A stretch of DNA of 64,000 nt from Spirochaetota bacterium (GTDB taxonomy: Bacteria > Spirochaetota > UBA4802 > UB4802): the NCBI GenBank assembly GCA_029907515.1, contig JARYLT010000004.1, positions 1,746 through 65,745 of the forward strand, in the 5' to 3' direction. Position numbers and translations under genes: made by a program. Within the stretch, counting starts at the first letter, position 1; each line of letters opens with the position of its first letter. This document shows, piece by piece, positions 23,603 to 33,803 of the stretch. The notes below the pieces were generated by a model that saw only the letters and a list, made by a program, of their open reading frames with translations, was not told the DNA's origin and did no database searches.

Positions 23603-24355
23603 TTGGCTATTTTTATTTACAGTGAAGAGGAGATCAAGCGGGTTGAGGATGCATGCAGAATAACTGCTGCTGTTCTGGATGAGATTGGAAAGCACGTTGA
23701 TGCAGGTATCACTACTTTTGAACTGGACAGGATTGCAAGGGATTTAATAAAAAAGTTTAAGGCAACCCCTGCATTTTTAGGGTATAAAGGGTATCCGGCA
23801 GCTATCTGTGCATCAATTAATGAAGTTGTAGTACACGGGATACCCAGTAAAGGGCAGATCTTAAAAAAAGGCGATATTGTTGGTATTGATATAGGCGTTC
23901 AGTATAATGGATATTTTGGTGATGCAGCAAAAACATTTGTTGTTGGGAAAGTAAGCAATAACGTAAAAAAATTGCTTGAAGTTACAAGGGAAGCACTTGA
24001 ACGTGGTATTTTACAGAGTAAAGATGGCAATCATCTGACTGATATATCGCATGCTATTGAATCACATGTAGTTCAATATGGTTTTCAGCCTGTTCATGAT
24101 TTTGTTGGCCATGGTATTGGAAGGAATCTGCATGAAGAACCTTCTATACCAAACTTTGGTAAACCTGGCAAAGGTCCTGTGATAAAAACAGGGATGATAT
24201 TTGCAATAGAACCAATGATTAATGAAGGAACATATCAGGTTGAAATTTTGCAGGATGGATGGACAGCAGTAACAAAGGACAGAAAATTTTCAGCACATTT
24301 TGAACATACTGTTGCTGTTGTTAATGGGAATCCAAAAATATTAACACACAATTAA
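23603..24355 (+). CDS. map: Methionine aminopeptidase, type I
   Basis: 250 aa, TTG start with GAGG RBS. Metal ligands lie in VVHGIP, DIGVQYNGYFGDAA, FVGHGIG, FAIEPM and FEHT contexts. Confidence 0.95.
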   Translation: MAIFIYSEEEIKRVEDACRITAAVLDEIGKHVDAGITTFELDRIARDLIKKFKATPAFLGYKGYPAAICASINEVVVHGIPSKGQILKKGDIVGIDIGVQYNGYFGDAAKTFVVGKVSNNVKKLLEVTREALERGILQSKDGNHLTDISHAIESHVVQYGFQPVHDFVGHGIGRNLHEEPSIPNFGKPGKGPVIKTGMIFAIEPMINEGTYQVEILQDGWTAVTKDRKFSAHFEHTVAVVNGNPKILTHN

Positions 24356-24382
24356 TTTTATAGTATAAGGAGTTAAAACTGG

Positions 24383-24601
24383 ATGGCCAAAGAAGAACCG
24401 ATTGAAGTTGAAGGTGAAGTGGTTGAAGCCCTTCCCAATGCCATGTTCAGGGTAAAATTAGATAATGGTCATGTAGTATTAGCTCACATATCTGGCAAAA
24501 TGAGGATGCACTATATACGAATTTTACCTGGTGACAGAGTAACTGTAGAGCTGTCGCCGTATGATTTAAGCAGAGGAAGGATAACCTATCGGTCCAAATG
24601 A
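24383..24601 (+). CDS. infA: Translation initiation factor IF-1
   Basis: 72 aa, [41 protein letters not shown]... Confidence 0.97.
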   Translation: MAKEEPIEVEGEVVEALPNAMFRVKLDNGHVVLAHISGKMRMHYIRILPGDRVTVELSPYDLSRGRITYRSK

Positions 24602-24624
24602 TAGTTAATGTTTGAGGTATAGAT

Positions 24625-24753
24625 ATGAAAGTAAGGGTTTCAGTAAAAAAGATTTGCAGCGATTGTAAAGTTATAAAGCGTCATGGTGTTGTACGTGTGA
24701 TCTGCAAAAATCCACGTCATAAACAACGACAGAAGAAAAGAACAGCGAAATAA
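24625..24753 (+). CDS. rpmJ: 50S ribosomal protein L36 (zinc form) with a short basic C-terminal extension
   Basis: Not in the ORF track (42 aa). Reads [42 protein letters not shown], with GAGG RBS. Canonical position between infA and rpsM. Confidence 0.93.
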   Translation: MKVRVSVKKICSDCKVIKRHGVVRVICKNPRHKQRQKKRTAK

Positions 24754-24771
24754 TGTGAGGTAGAGGTATAT

Positions 24772-25146
24772 ATGGCACGAATTGCAGGTGTTGATTTACC
24801 AAACAATAAGCGTGTTGAAGTTGCGCTTACCTATATTTTTGGTATTGGACATTCATCATCAAAGAAAATTTTACAGGATGCACAGGTTAATCCTGACACT
24901 CGCGTAAAGGATCTGACTGATGAAGAAATTAATCAATTGCGAAAGATCATTGAAAAAAGCTACAAGGTTGAAGGTGATTTGCGAACCCAGATAGCAATGG
25001 ATATTAAGAGGCTTATGGATATTGGTTGCTACAGGGGTATACGACACAGGCGAGGATTGCCTGTGCGAGGACAGAATACCAAGAACAACGCACGCACCCG
25101 CAAAGGGAACAGAAAAGTATCCGTTGGAAGCAAAAAGAAGAAATAG
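24772..25146 (+). CDS. rpsM: 30S ribosomal protein S13
   Basis: 124 aa, [26 protein letters not shown]... Confidence 0.97.
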   Translation: MARIAGVDLPNNKRVEVALTYIFGIGHSSSKKILQDAQVNPDTRVKDLTDEEINQLRKIIEKSYKVEGDLRTQIAMDIKRLMDIGCYRGIRHRRGLPVRGQNTKNNARTRKGNRKVSVGSKKKK

Positions 25147-25169
25147 TAAGTCAATGATAGAGGTGTACA

Positions 25170-25556
25170 GTGAAGCAGAAACGAACAAAGAAGCAGGAAA
25201 AGAAGAATATACCAGTAGGTAAAGCGTTCATTCAGGCTACGTATAATAATACTATTATTACAATAACTGATATGCAGGGTAATGTTGTATCATGGGCAAC
25301 AGCAGGTGGAGAAGGATTCCGTGGTTCGCGGAAATCCACACCGTTTGCAGCACAGATGGCTGCAAAAGCTGCTGCACAGAAAGCAATAGATAATGCAAAT
25401 ATGCGAACGATTGAGGTATATGTAAAAGGTCCTGGTATTGGACGTGAAGCAGCTATACGTTCCTTATATCAGGCTGGTTTAAATATCTCAAAGATTAAAG
25501 ATATTACACCCATACCACATAATGGGTGCCGACCACGCAAACGTAGAAGAGTATAA
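25170..25556 (+). CDS. rpsK: 30S ribosomal protein S11
   Basis: 128 aa, GTG start, [26 protein letters not shown]...[11 protein letters not shown]. Confidence 0.96.
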   Translation: MKQKRTKKQEKKNIPVGKAFIQATYNNTIITITDMQGNVVSWATAGGEGFRGSRKSTPFAAQMAAKAAAQKAIDNANMRTIEVYVKGPGIGREAAIRSLYQAGLNISKIKDITPIPHNGCRPRKRRRV

Positions 25557-25572
25557 TGTGAGGGTTTAGTTT

Positions 25573-26202
25573 ATGGCAAAGTATACAGGGCCTTTATGTA
25601 AATTATGTAGACGAGAAATGACTCCGTTAATGCTTAAAGGGAGGCGTTGTTTAACCGATAAATGTGCCATCAAGCATAAGAAATATCCCCCGGGACCTCC
25701 CCGAAAGAGGAGAACCAAATTATCTGACTATGGCGTACAGATGCGTGAAAAGCAGAAGATTAAGCGCAGCTATATGCTTTTAGAAACCCAGTTCAAGCGT
25801 ACGTTTGATGAAGCTACACGCCTTAAAGGTGTTACGGGCGAGAATATGCTCGTTTTGCTTGAACGGAGGCTTGATAATGTTATCTATAGATTGGGCTTTG
25901 CATCTTCACGGTTACAGGCACGACAGTTTGTGCAGCATGGGCATGTAATTGTTAATGGCAAGCGTGTTGATATCCCTTCTTATCAGGTTAAGGTAAATGA
26001 TATTGTTGAGATCAAGGAAGACTTCAAAACCAACACAATGCTGGAAGATGCTATCAAATTGTCAAAAGCAGTGGGATCAGTTCCTCAATGGCTGGAAGTT
26101 GACTATGAGAAGCGAAGTGGCAAAATAATACGGTTACCTGAACGGAAAGATATTGAGCCGATATTTAATGAACAGGTGGTTGTTGAGCTATATTCTAAGT
26201 AA
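25573..26202 (+). CDS. rpsD: 30S ribosomal protein S4 (N-terminal Cys4 cluster)
   Basis: 209 aa, MAKYTGPLCKLCRRE...RCLTDKCA then YGVQMREKQK and an S4 RNA-binding domain. Confidence 0.96.
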   Translation: MAKYTGPLCKLCRREMTPLMLKGRRCLTDKCAIKHKKYPPGPPRKRRTKLSDYGVQMREKQKIKRSYMLLETQFKRTFDEATRLKGVTGENMLVLLERRLDNVIYRLGFASSRLQARQFVQHGHVIVNGKRVDIPSYQVKVNDIVEIKEDFKTNTMLEDAIKLSKAVGSVPQWLEVDYEKRSGKIIRLPERKDIEPIFNEQVVVELYSK

Positions 26203-26242
26203 GTTATGTGGTTAAGTATGTGTTTATTTATTGGAGGTAATA

Positions 26243-27208
26243 ATGTCCCATAAAAACCTATTAAAGGGTTTTCGAAGACCATCGAAAATTGTGTTTGAAC
26301 ATGATGAAGTTAATCAAAGTTACGGAAGATTTATTGCTGAACCTTTTGAACGAGGATACGGTTTAACTATAGGGAATTCTTTACGCCGAGTTTTATTATC
26401 ATCGATTGAAGGAGCTGCTATTACTGCAGTAAAAATCCAGGGCGTTCCGCATGAATTTACTGCTATCGATGGTGTAGTAGAAGATGTAACCCGTATCATA
26501 TTAAATATGAAAAAACTACGGTTTAAGTACAATGGCGAACTGCCAAAGGTTTTGCACATAGTCAAGGATGGCGAAGCAGAACTGACAGGAGCAGATTTTG
26601 CAATAGATAGTGATGTGGAGGTAATGAATCCTGAAACTCATATTGCAACTATTGAGCGTGGTGGCAGGATTGATATGGAAGTGCAGATTGAGCGTGGCAG
26701 AGGCTATTTGCCTGGTGAAATAAGCAAGTCAAGCGTAGAAACTATTGGAGTTATTCCTATTGATGCAATTTTTTCACCAATACGAAAAGTTAATATAAAG
26801 GTTGAAGATACACGAGTAGGTCAACGTACTGACTATGATAAATTGATTATAGAAATATGGACAGATGGTTCGGTTAAGCCTGAGGATGCACTGGCGCAGG
26901 CAGCAAAAATCATAAAAGATCATATGACCATATTTATTAATTTTGAAGAAAAATTTGAGGAAGAGGAAGTGGCTGTAGATGAAAGCCACGATAAACTGAA
27001 GGCAATATTGTCAAAATCAATTGATGAGCTGGAATTTTCAGTTCGTGCATATAATACATTGAAGAGCTTAGAATTGAATACACTTGAAGATGTTGTACGT
27101 AAAACTGAAGATGAACTTAAAAAATCAAAACATTTCAGTGATCAGGTATTAGCTGAAATTAAAAAGAAATTAGAAGAACATCATTTGAGCTTAGGAATAA
27201 AGGAATAA
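26243..27208 (+). CDS. rpoA: DNA-directed RNA polymerase subunit alpha
   Basis: The ATG at 26243 (MSHKNLLKGF) follows GGAGG. GNSLRRVLLSSIEGAAI motif and a C-terminal domain with ELEFSVRAYNTLK. The track starts 4 codons earlier, at a TTG. Confidence 0.96.
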   Translation: MSHKNLLKGFRRPSKIVFEHDEVNQSYGRFIAEPFERGYGLTIGNSLRRVLLSSIEGAAITAVKIQGVPHEFTAIDGVVEDVTRIILNMKKLRFKYNGELPKVLHIVKDGEAELTGADFAIDSDVEVMNPETHIATIERGGRIDMEVQIERGRGYLPGEISKSSVETIGVIPIDAIFSPIRKVNIKVEDTRVGQRTDYDKLIIEIWTDGSVKPEDALAQAAKIIKDHMTIFINFEEKFEEEEVAVDESHDKLKAILSKSIDELEFSVRAYNTLKSLELNTLEDVVRKTEDELKKSKHFSDQVLAEIKKKLEEHHLSLGIKE

Positions 27209-27222
27209 GAGGTAGTAACAGT

Positions 27223-27654
27223 ATGAGACACCGTAATAGTGTTAGAACATTAGGGCGCTCCCATGAGCATAGAAGAGCAATGTTTGCCAATATGGTGACA
27301 TCGTTGTTTCAGCATGAAAGAATAATTACAACCAAGCAGAAAGGCAAAGAGTTAAAACGGATTGCTGAGCGATTGATAACAAGGGCCAAGGAAAACTTAA
27401 GCCTTACCGAAAATGATAGTGCACGTAAGCTCCATAACAAGCGTGAAGTAATGCGCCTTATTAAGAATGAAGATGTTGTTAAGAAGCTGTTTGATGATAT
27501 TGCACCACGATTTGTCACACGCCCAGGTGGGTATACACGTATGTACCTTCTTGATAGGCGTGAAGGTGATGCAGCCCAGATGGCTATTGTAGAACTGGTA
27601 GTTAAGCAGGAAACAAAGAAAGAAGATAATAAAGCCAAAAAAACCACAGCATAA
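27223..27654 (+). CDS. rplQ: 50S ribosomal protein L17
   Basis: 143 aa, MRHRNSVRTLGRSHEHRRAMFANMVTSLFQHERIITT. Confidence 0.96.
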   Translation: MRHRNSVRTLGRSHEHRRAMFANMVTSLFQHERIITTKQKGKELKRIAERLITRAKENLSLTENDSARKLHNKREVMRLIKNEDVVKKLFDDIAPRFVTRPGGYTRMYLLDRREGDAAQMAIVELVVKQETKKEDNKAKKTTA

Positions 27655-27667
27655 GCTGTGGTTTTTT
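27637..27667. terminator. Bidirectional intrinsic terminator shared by rplQ and the convergent downstream gene
   Basis: AAAAAAACCACAGC, loop ATAA, GCTGTGGTTTTTT. An A-run and a T-run flank a GC-containing stem. The rplQ stop codon lies in the loop. Confidence 0.8.
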
Positions 27668-27676
27668 ATTTGATAT

Positions 27677-28543
27677 CTATTTTACTTTTTTCTCTAATCG
27701 GGCTTTCTCAATTGAATGTACTAAGCTGATATTGTCATTAGCATCAACTTTAAATTCTTCTGGTATGCGATCGTCATAAATGGGATCCAGTTTATTGCTT
27801 TCAAGGCCGTATTTACGCTGTATAGTGTCTAATTGGTGCACTTTTACCATTTTATGAATTTCAATTCCATATTGTTTGGCAAGACGGCAAAAATCAATAA
27901 CTGCAAGATATTGTTTTATGATAAATTCAAGCTCATCGTGCTTGATATTTTTTTTGCTTTTTAAATAGATTATATCCTGATTATTATAGATATTTTTTGC
28001 TTCCTGAAGCTTTTTGTAACCATTCTTTAAGTATCGCTCAATTGTTTCCCTGTCAAAAAACAGATGGTATTCTTCAGGATTGTATGGCTTTATATCTTCG
28101 ACGGGGTTATAGGATTTTTGGAAATATTTTTTCAATGTGCTGTTTTTATCATACTTTATCATAATATCAAACGATTGCTTTGAGGTTGAGTCCAGAATTT
28201 GCTGTGCCCGGTTAATATACAGTGTTGCAAGTGCATCGGTAAGAGCAACCAATTCCTGTTTTACTTTATAATACTTCTGGTGTGAACTGTCAAAATTTTG
28301 ACCATAATATTCTTCGGAAGCATTTTGAAAAAGTGTTTGTATTTCCTGATATTTATTTTTTGTTGCTTCATCGCCAAAGTTTTCAACCATGATGCGAATC
28401 TGCCGCAGCAGCGAAAGAGTAAGAAAATAGTCATTCTGTGCTTTGACTGCGGTAGAAATTGCAAATGATGTGGTTGTTATGGCACACACTGTAAATGCGG
28501 CACACAGTAAAATCAGATATTTTTGCATATCATTAACCTTCAT
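27677..28543 (-). CDS. Hypothetical secreted protein (signal peptide, helical)
   Basis: 288 aa with an N-terminal hydrophobic signal (YLILLCAAFTVCAITTTSFA). No family recognised. Confidence 0.6.
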   Translation of the reverse strand: MKVNDMQKYLILLCAAFTVCAITTTSFAISTAVKAQNDYFLTLSLLRQIRIMVENFGDEATKNKYQEIQTLFQNASEEYYGQNFDSSHQKYYKVKQELVALTDALATLYINRAQQILDSTSKQSFDIMIKYDKNSTLKKYFQKSYNPVEDIKPYNPEEYHLFFDRETIERYLKNGYKKLQEAKNIYNNQDIIYLKSKKNIKHDELEFIIKQYLAVIDFCRLAKQYGIEIHKMVKVHQLDTIQRKYGLESNKLDPIYDDRIPEEFKVDANDNISLVHSIEKARLEKKVK

Positions 28544-28749
28544 ATAATAGTCTTTTTTATTGTATCGGTAACATATAAAGACTGCTTAACAGTATATTTT
28601 TTGTAGTAATAAATGGATTATTTATCGGTAACTATCGCCCAAAAAATTTTAAGCAATAGTTACTGGTAAAGTAAATATTTGATTGCAAAGATACAGGTGA
28701 TACAATTATATGAAAACAATAACTGTATTTTTGTTCTGGGGATGAACGT

Positions 28750-29625
28750 ATGGAAAATGAGGATACCAAAAAAAAGATATCGTTCAGGCAGAAAAATCCC
28801 ACCATTTGTCCGGTATGTGGGTATGAATTTTATCGCGAGGAGATGCTAACCGGTGGGGGTAGGCTTATTGCGGGCAAATTAACCGATGAATTGCGCAGAA
28901 CCTATGAAAAAAATGAAAAATGGGGAGAGATATATCCACTTGCGTACGTAGTAACGGTATGCCCGAGGTGCCTGTATGCGGCCTATCCAAAGGATTTTCC
29001 AACAATACAGGCTGATGAAATGCAGAAGATAAACGCAACTACCAATGCTCGAAAACAGTCCATTGATAAGTTTTTTGGTGGTCTTGATTTTAATCAGGAT
29101 AGAGGACTGTATCATGGAGCTGCATCGTATTTACTTGCTATGGATTGCTATTCGTTCAGGAATAAAAATGTGGCGCCTACGTTTAAAATGGCTGTCAGTG
29201 CTATACGAGCAGCATGGCTTTTTGGGGATTTAGCTAAGTTGGAGCCGGATAAACCGTATAAAAAGATCTCAGACTTTTTTTACAAAAAGGCGTATGATAA
29301 TTATTTTAAGGTGGTTGATATCATTCAAACCGGTGCTGAACCTCCTGATGCAGCAGGCAACATGGGACCAGATATTGATAAGAACTGGGGTTATGATGGC
29401 ATACTGTATATGTGTGCCATACTTACCTTAAAGGTTGGTGCAAAGGAGCCTGATATAAATAAGCGGATTGAAAATTTTGAACGCACAAAACGTTATTTAA
29501 GCAAGCTTTTTGGCAGTGGTAAGGCATCAAAAAGTAAGCCAGGCCCATTACTTGACATGACCCGTGATTTATATGACAGGATGAACGAGATGCTTGACCA
29601 ATGGAAAGCCGGGGAACAAGAGTGA
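28750..29625 (+). CDS. Zinc-ribbon protein resembling the DUF2225 family
   Basis: 291 aa. CPVCGYEF ... VTVCPRCLYAAY followed by a helical region. The family is assigned from memory of its pattern only. Confidence 0.5.
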   Translation: MENEDTKKKISFRQKNPTICPVCGYEFYREEMLTGGGRLIAGKLTDELRRTYEKNEKWGEIYPLAYVVTVCPRCLYAAYPKDFPTIQADEMQKINATTNARKQSIDKFFGGLDFNQDRGLYHGAASYLLAMDCYSFRNKNVAPTFKMAVSAIRAAWLFGDLAKLEPDKPYKKISDFFYKKAYDNYFKVVDIIQTGAEPPDAAGNMGPDIDKNWGYDGILYMCAILTLKVGAKEPDINKRIENFERTKRYLSKLFGSGKASKSKPGPLLDMTRDLYDRMNEMLDQWKAGEQE

Positions 29626-30383
29626 GGTATGCTCTCATTGTACAGTATGATGGTACTGCCTACAGTGGTTTCCAGATACAGGACAATGCCAATTCCATTC
29701 AACATGAAATAGAAAAAGCATTGAAAATTTTTACACGCCAGGATGTACGAATTGTTGCCGCAGGGAGGACTGATGCTGGCGTTCATGCGTTGGGACAGGT
29801 TGTACACTTTGATCTGCATACAGAGGTCCCGGTAGATAAAATGTGCATCAGCCTTAATGGTATTTTACCACATGATATTGCGGTTAAAAAAGCTTTTATT
29901 GTGGATAATCATTTTCATGCACGCTACAGTGCTCTTGCGCGTGAATATCTGTATGCCATTTATAATCATCCGTACAAAAGCCCATTTATGCGCTTCCGTG
30001 CAATGTGGGTGCGTGAACATATAGATATCGAGTTTTGTAGACAGGCAGCAGCGTACTGCATTGGTGAAAAGGATTTTGCGTCATTCTGTAAAAAAACATC
30101 AGCCGAAGAAAGCACTGTGCGGTATATAGAATATATTACTGTAGAACGTATGTTTGATGATGTAGTGGTATTTACTATCAAGGGCAATGCCTTTTTGCAT
30201 AATATGGTACGGATTATTGTAGGTACCATACTGTACCTGCTACAAAAGGGCAAAAGCCCTGAAACAATGAAAGAGATTATTAAAAGCTGCGATAGAAACT
30301 GCAGTGGACCAACAGCACCTGCATACGGATTATATTTTAAAAAGGTGTATTATCCAGAAGCGTACGTTTTTTTAAACGTGTAA
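29622..30383 (+). CDS. truA: tRNA pseudouridine(38-40) synthase
   Basis: The GTG at 29622 gives (M)RYALIVQYDGTAYSGFQIQ plus the catalytic AAGRTDAGVHA motif. GTGA overlaps the upstream stop. The track ATG at 29601 is an alternative start. Confidence 0.9.
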   Translation: MRYALIVQYDGTAYSGFQIQDNANSIQHEIEKALKIFTRQDVRIVAAGRTDAGVHALGQVVHFDLHTEVPVDKMCISLNGILPHDIAVKKAFIVDNHFHARYSALAREYLYAIYNHPYKSPFMRFRAMWVREHIDIEFCRQAAAYCIGEKDFASFCKKTSAEESTVRYIEYITVERMFDDVVVFTIKGNAFLHNMVRIIVGTILYLLQKGKSPETMKEIIKSCDRNCSGPTAPAYGLYFKKVYYPEAYVFLNV

Positions 30384-30505
30384 CAAAAATGATTGCATTG
30401 GTTCATATTACATAAAAGCATTTGCCTGATACCCAATTTGATATTATAAAAAATAATAATTGACACATTATTGTACAAAAACAATGGTAATTGAAAAAAA
30501 GAAGG

Positions 30506-31084
30506 ATGAATACTGTGAAATTAAAACTATATTGTGCCTTCATTGCCTGTATCATGCTTTGCGTGTGCACAGATGTTTTTGCACAGCGTAAAAAGGCTGA
30601 TTATTTTTTAAAACCGCAAGCCGGGATATGGTTTGGTCCGGTAACACCGGTCTTTTCCACAGGCGATGATGTTGATACTGCACTATGGGGTGGCGGGTTT
30701 GTACGCTTTAACGTACTCTCATTGCCATTAAAAGTTGGTTTTGATTCTTCGTACGAGCATTTTAAATCTGAAGGAGTAAACGAGCTTACGGTAATACCGG
30801 TATATGGCAATGTTCTCTGGAAACTGCCAATTGATATGCCCATTGCCTTTCAATTAAAAGCAGGAGCAGGTAGTGCTAAGGTAACCATAGAGCCTGAAAA
30901 GTCAAGCCAGTGGGATCCCATGGGTATGCTTGGCTTTGAGCTGTCGTTTCCTGCGGGCAAATGGATTAATATTGGTCTAAGGATTGATTATCTTTTTATA
31001 TATGAAGGATACATTGAAGGTGCTCACAAAAACGGGCATATTATTAATACTGGTTTAACACTTTATCTTAATATTGGGATATAA
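30506..31084 (+). CDS. Putative outer-membrane beta-barrel protein
   Basis: Signal peptide (KLKLYCAFIACIMLCVCTDVFAQ) followed by alternating hydrophobic beta-strand-like segments. The start is uncertain (TTG 30491, ATG 30506 or GTG 30515). Confidence 0.4.
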   Translation: MNTVKLKLYCAFIACIMLCVCTDVFAQRKKADYFLKPQAGIWFGPVTPVFSTGDDVDTALWGGGFVRFNVLSLPLKVGFDSSYEHFKSEGVNELTVIPVYGNVLWKLPIDMPIAFQLKAGAGSAKVTIEPEKSSQWDPMGMLGFELSFPAGKWINIGLRIDYLFIYEGYIEGAHKNGHIINTGLTLYLNIGI

Positions 31085-31091
31085 TTTAGTT

Positions 31092-32468
31092 ATGAAGAAA
31101 TGTTTTTATTATATAGTAATTTTTTGGGCGATAGTTGCTGTAAACGGGTGCACTGGTAATAAGCCACTGTTTGATGAGCTATCAGGAAGCCGCCTGAAAG
31201 TAGTAATCAAGGGCACATTTGAGTCTACCAGTGATAGTGCCAGTATACGTAGCTGGGACTGGGATAATACAGTTTCTCATCCGCAATCTATTCCGCAATC
31301 TATTGATGATTCAGTGAATGATTTTATAACCGATAGTTCCGAGCAATTTCCCACCACATTTATGGTGGATATTGCTGAAATGAAGCTGGATGATGATGAA
31401 GTGTCAAATTACCGGCAGGTGTTTACAGCCAGAGTTGATGATGCTGATCCTTTTTTTAATGGTCAGGGAGTGCAACTAAAATGCGATGATGTTAAGCCAG
31501 GCAAGCTGTATACTCATGTAAAATTATATATTCGAAAGCTTATTTTTGATAATGCAACGCAGTGGCATATTGATTTATCCAATAATGTTATTCAGGACAG
31601 TGATCCAGAGGTTATTTTCCATGAAGAAAAAGTAAGCGGTTTTGATTTTAACCAGCTTATGGTAAATACTTATTATGATTATCTGAAAGAAAATTATCAG
31701 GAAATCAATAGGGTTTTCCCCCTGGTGATACCTATTGATGGTGGCCTCGTAGTAAATGAGGATGAAGAAGTTGTCCTTGAAATACGTCTGGTAATCAAAA
31801 ACTTTATAAAGCTATATGAATATGATTTTACCAATGATAACGGATATGGAGCAGCCTATCATTACTGGGCACCAAGTGACTGGCTGCGGGATGTACAACC
31901 GGATGATGTGTACATTGGGGGTAACCTTTTGGGTGTGGCACGGGTATACCGCAAAGATAAAGTGGCAACGGTAAGTGGAACAACAGCTCAAGCAGGCTAT
32001 GTAATAGCCATACCTGCAACGGATGTTTATGGTAATCCGCAAACAATAGCTGTTTATTTTCTGGATACTAGTCTTCCAATCTGGACAAGGCCGCGTGTGT
32101 ATCCACCTGCAAAACCTTCAGTGAAAGTTGGAACCGTTGAAGGATTGTTAGATTACTATTTGCGCTATGAGCAATATAAAATTGAGTATAATCATTTTGT
32201 TGAAGCAGTTAATAATGGCAGTTATGAAACAGATTGGAATGATTATAATGATTACAAATGGTCACTGCGCCTGCCACCACTGGTTGCATATAGTCATGGA
32301 GATAGTCATGGAGATGGTTATTATACAATGACCAATGTTCCGTATGGGTATTATTTATTTTATTTTGTGGCTGATGGTAGTTATGGGGAATTGCCTGATG
32401 TTGACAATGTTCAAAATCAAAAAAGTGTTTCTATTTCTGAGCCCATTGTTAATGTAGATTTCCAATAG
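31092..32468 (+). CDS. Hypothetical lipoprotein with a C-terminal carboxypeptidase-regulatory-like segment
   Basis: MKKCFYYIVIFWAIVAVNGC lipobox. The C-terminal GYYTMTNVPYGYYLFYFVADG resembles the CarboxypepD_reg fold signature. The track starts 6 codons earlier. Confidence 0.55.
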   Translation: MKKCFYYIVIFWAIVAVNGCTGNKPLFDELSGSRLKVVIKGTFESTSDSASIRSWDWDNTVSHPQSIPQSIDDSVNDFITDSSEQFPTTFMVDIAEMKLDDDEVSNYRQVFTARVDDADPFFNGQGVQLKCDDVKPGKLYTHVKLYIRKLIFDNATQWHIDLSNNVIQDSDPEVIFHEEKVSGFDFNQLMVNTYYDYLKENYQEINRVFPLVIPIDGGLVVNEDEEVVLEIRLVIKNFIKLYEYDFTNDNGYGAAYHYWAPSDWLRDVQPDDVYIGGNLLGVARVYRKDKVATVSGTTAQAGYVIAIPATDVYGNPQTIAVYFLDTSLPIWTRPRVYPPAKPSVKVGTVEGLLDYYLRYEQYKIEYNHFVEAVNNGSYETDWNDYNDYKWSLRLPPLVAYSHGDSHGDGYYTMTNVPYGYYLFYFVADGSYGELPDVDNVQNQKSVSISEPIVNVDFQ

Positions 32469-32750
32469 TGGGTAATTATAAAAAATCACTTGATTACGGT
32501 GTTGTAAGTACTATCGTTCATAAAGAACCTTAGTGACTGTTGCTATCCTGAAATTATCTAAAAGATAAAAACATATCTTAAATTCATCACACTCTTGATA
32601 TTTAGAATAGGCTGAGTATAATTTTTATAAACCAAGCTGATCAACTATCATTATTCCGTACACGAAAAATTAACCCCATCTTCACAAAAAAAATAATAGT
32701 ATGCATACACTCCGTATGGAAAGCACACAATAATCATACGGAGGTAAACT

Positions 32751-33085
32751 ATGAGTAACCACAAACAAACAGAGAAACAACAGTTCTGAGAAGAGCACAC
32801 TAAGCGCTATGAAGCAACCGGCTTGTCAAAGGCAGAGTACTGCGGGCAAAACGGTTTGGTGTATCACCAATGTAAGTGTTTGTACAAACACAACAGTACG
32901 CTAACGATAGCCGTACAGGAGGTACGGCGTCATAGGGTTTGCGTGCGAGGACATAGCTATGGATAGCGTCCGCAGCACGCTAGCAAAGATTGGATGCATA
33001 CGAGAAGGCACAAGGCATTTTTCTTTGGCACTTTCTTTTGATGCCGTCTGGACAAAAGAAAGTGCAAAAGGGAAATGTTGATGAA
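32751..33085 (+). pseudogene. Decayed IS66-family accessory gene remnant (tnpA-like, possibly a tnpB-like fragment)
   Basis: GGAGG RBS then MSNHKQTEKQQF*EEHTKRYEATGLSKAEYCGQNGLVYHQ..., which fits the IS66 orf1 pattern (W..h....SGLS...C...G). The in-frame TGA (32787-32789) sits where a conserved Trp is expected. QGIFLWHF and FDAVWTKESAKGKC in shifted frames faintly resemble IS66 TnpB. No full transposase is present. Confidence 0.4.
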
Positions 33086-33803
33086 GAACAATTACAGGCA
33101 AAGACAAATAGTATAGCAGTAACTATCTCTATTGAAGTTTCACAAGAAAAAGCGAATTACATAAAGGGTAAAAAAGGCGCCGTTTTTTGCATAGCACCGC
33201 AGACAACGACGGAAAGAGGGCAAGGAATGTTCGACACACCGATGAAATTGGAGCAAGTACCGCAGTAACTATCGCTACAAGAAAAACAGTAATTGGACTT
33301 GCAATTGATAACCAGATGACAATAATGCTATCCTGTGATTAATTTGACGCTTACTTTCATGTTAAACTCTGAGAATGCCGGTAATTCTAATAAATGTTGT
33401 TTATTCATTATTAGTAATGTATTTTTAAATCATTAATAAAGATAGTAACAATATAAACTCCGGCAGAGGTGTAGAAATACCTCTTATAAAGAAGCAATTG
33501 CCTCGTTACACTGATAAAATCGGGACGAAGGATTTAATTTAATAGATTCTTGCAAAGATGAAATCGTGAGATGAATAGCAGGGCTTTCTAATTATTGCGA
33601 GCACTCATGCAATCGGGACCATACAATCTTATCGTTTCTTATGGTTGATGGGGTCAGAGCGTAATAATTTATTATGGGTAATAAAGGCTTGACTAATTAT
33701 TATGAATAATGGTAAAAATTTAAAGCATAGAACAAAGACAAATTGGTTATTAAAATTGTTTTTGTTTTTAATGTAGTTACATAACAATATCTGGAGGAAT
33801 GCC

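Noticed and set aside
32787-32789. TGA in the IS66-like frame as Trp or selenocysteine recoding
   Set aside because: TGA is used as an ordinary stop by several well-defined genes here (infA and the ATGA or GTGA overlaps at 29623, 35429, 45289 and 47446). The surrounding frame is otherwise degenerate, so a TGG-to-TGA pseudogene mutation is the simpler reading.
32990-33268. 92-aa ORF in the non-coding island
   Set aside because: It has no RBS and a low-complexity product, and it overlaps the frame-shifted IS-remnant fragments.
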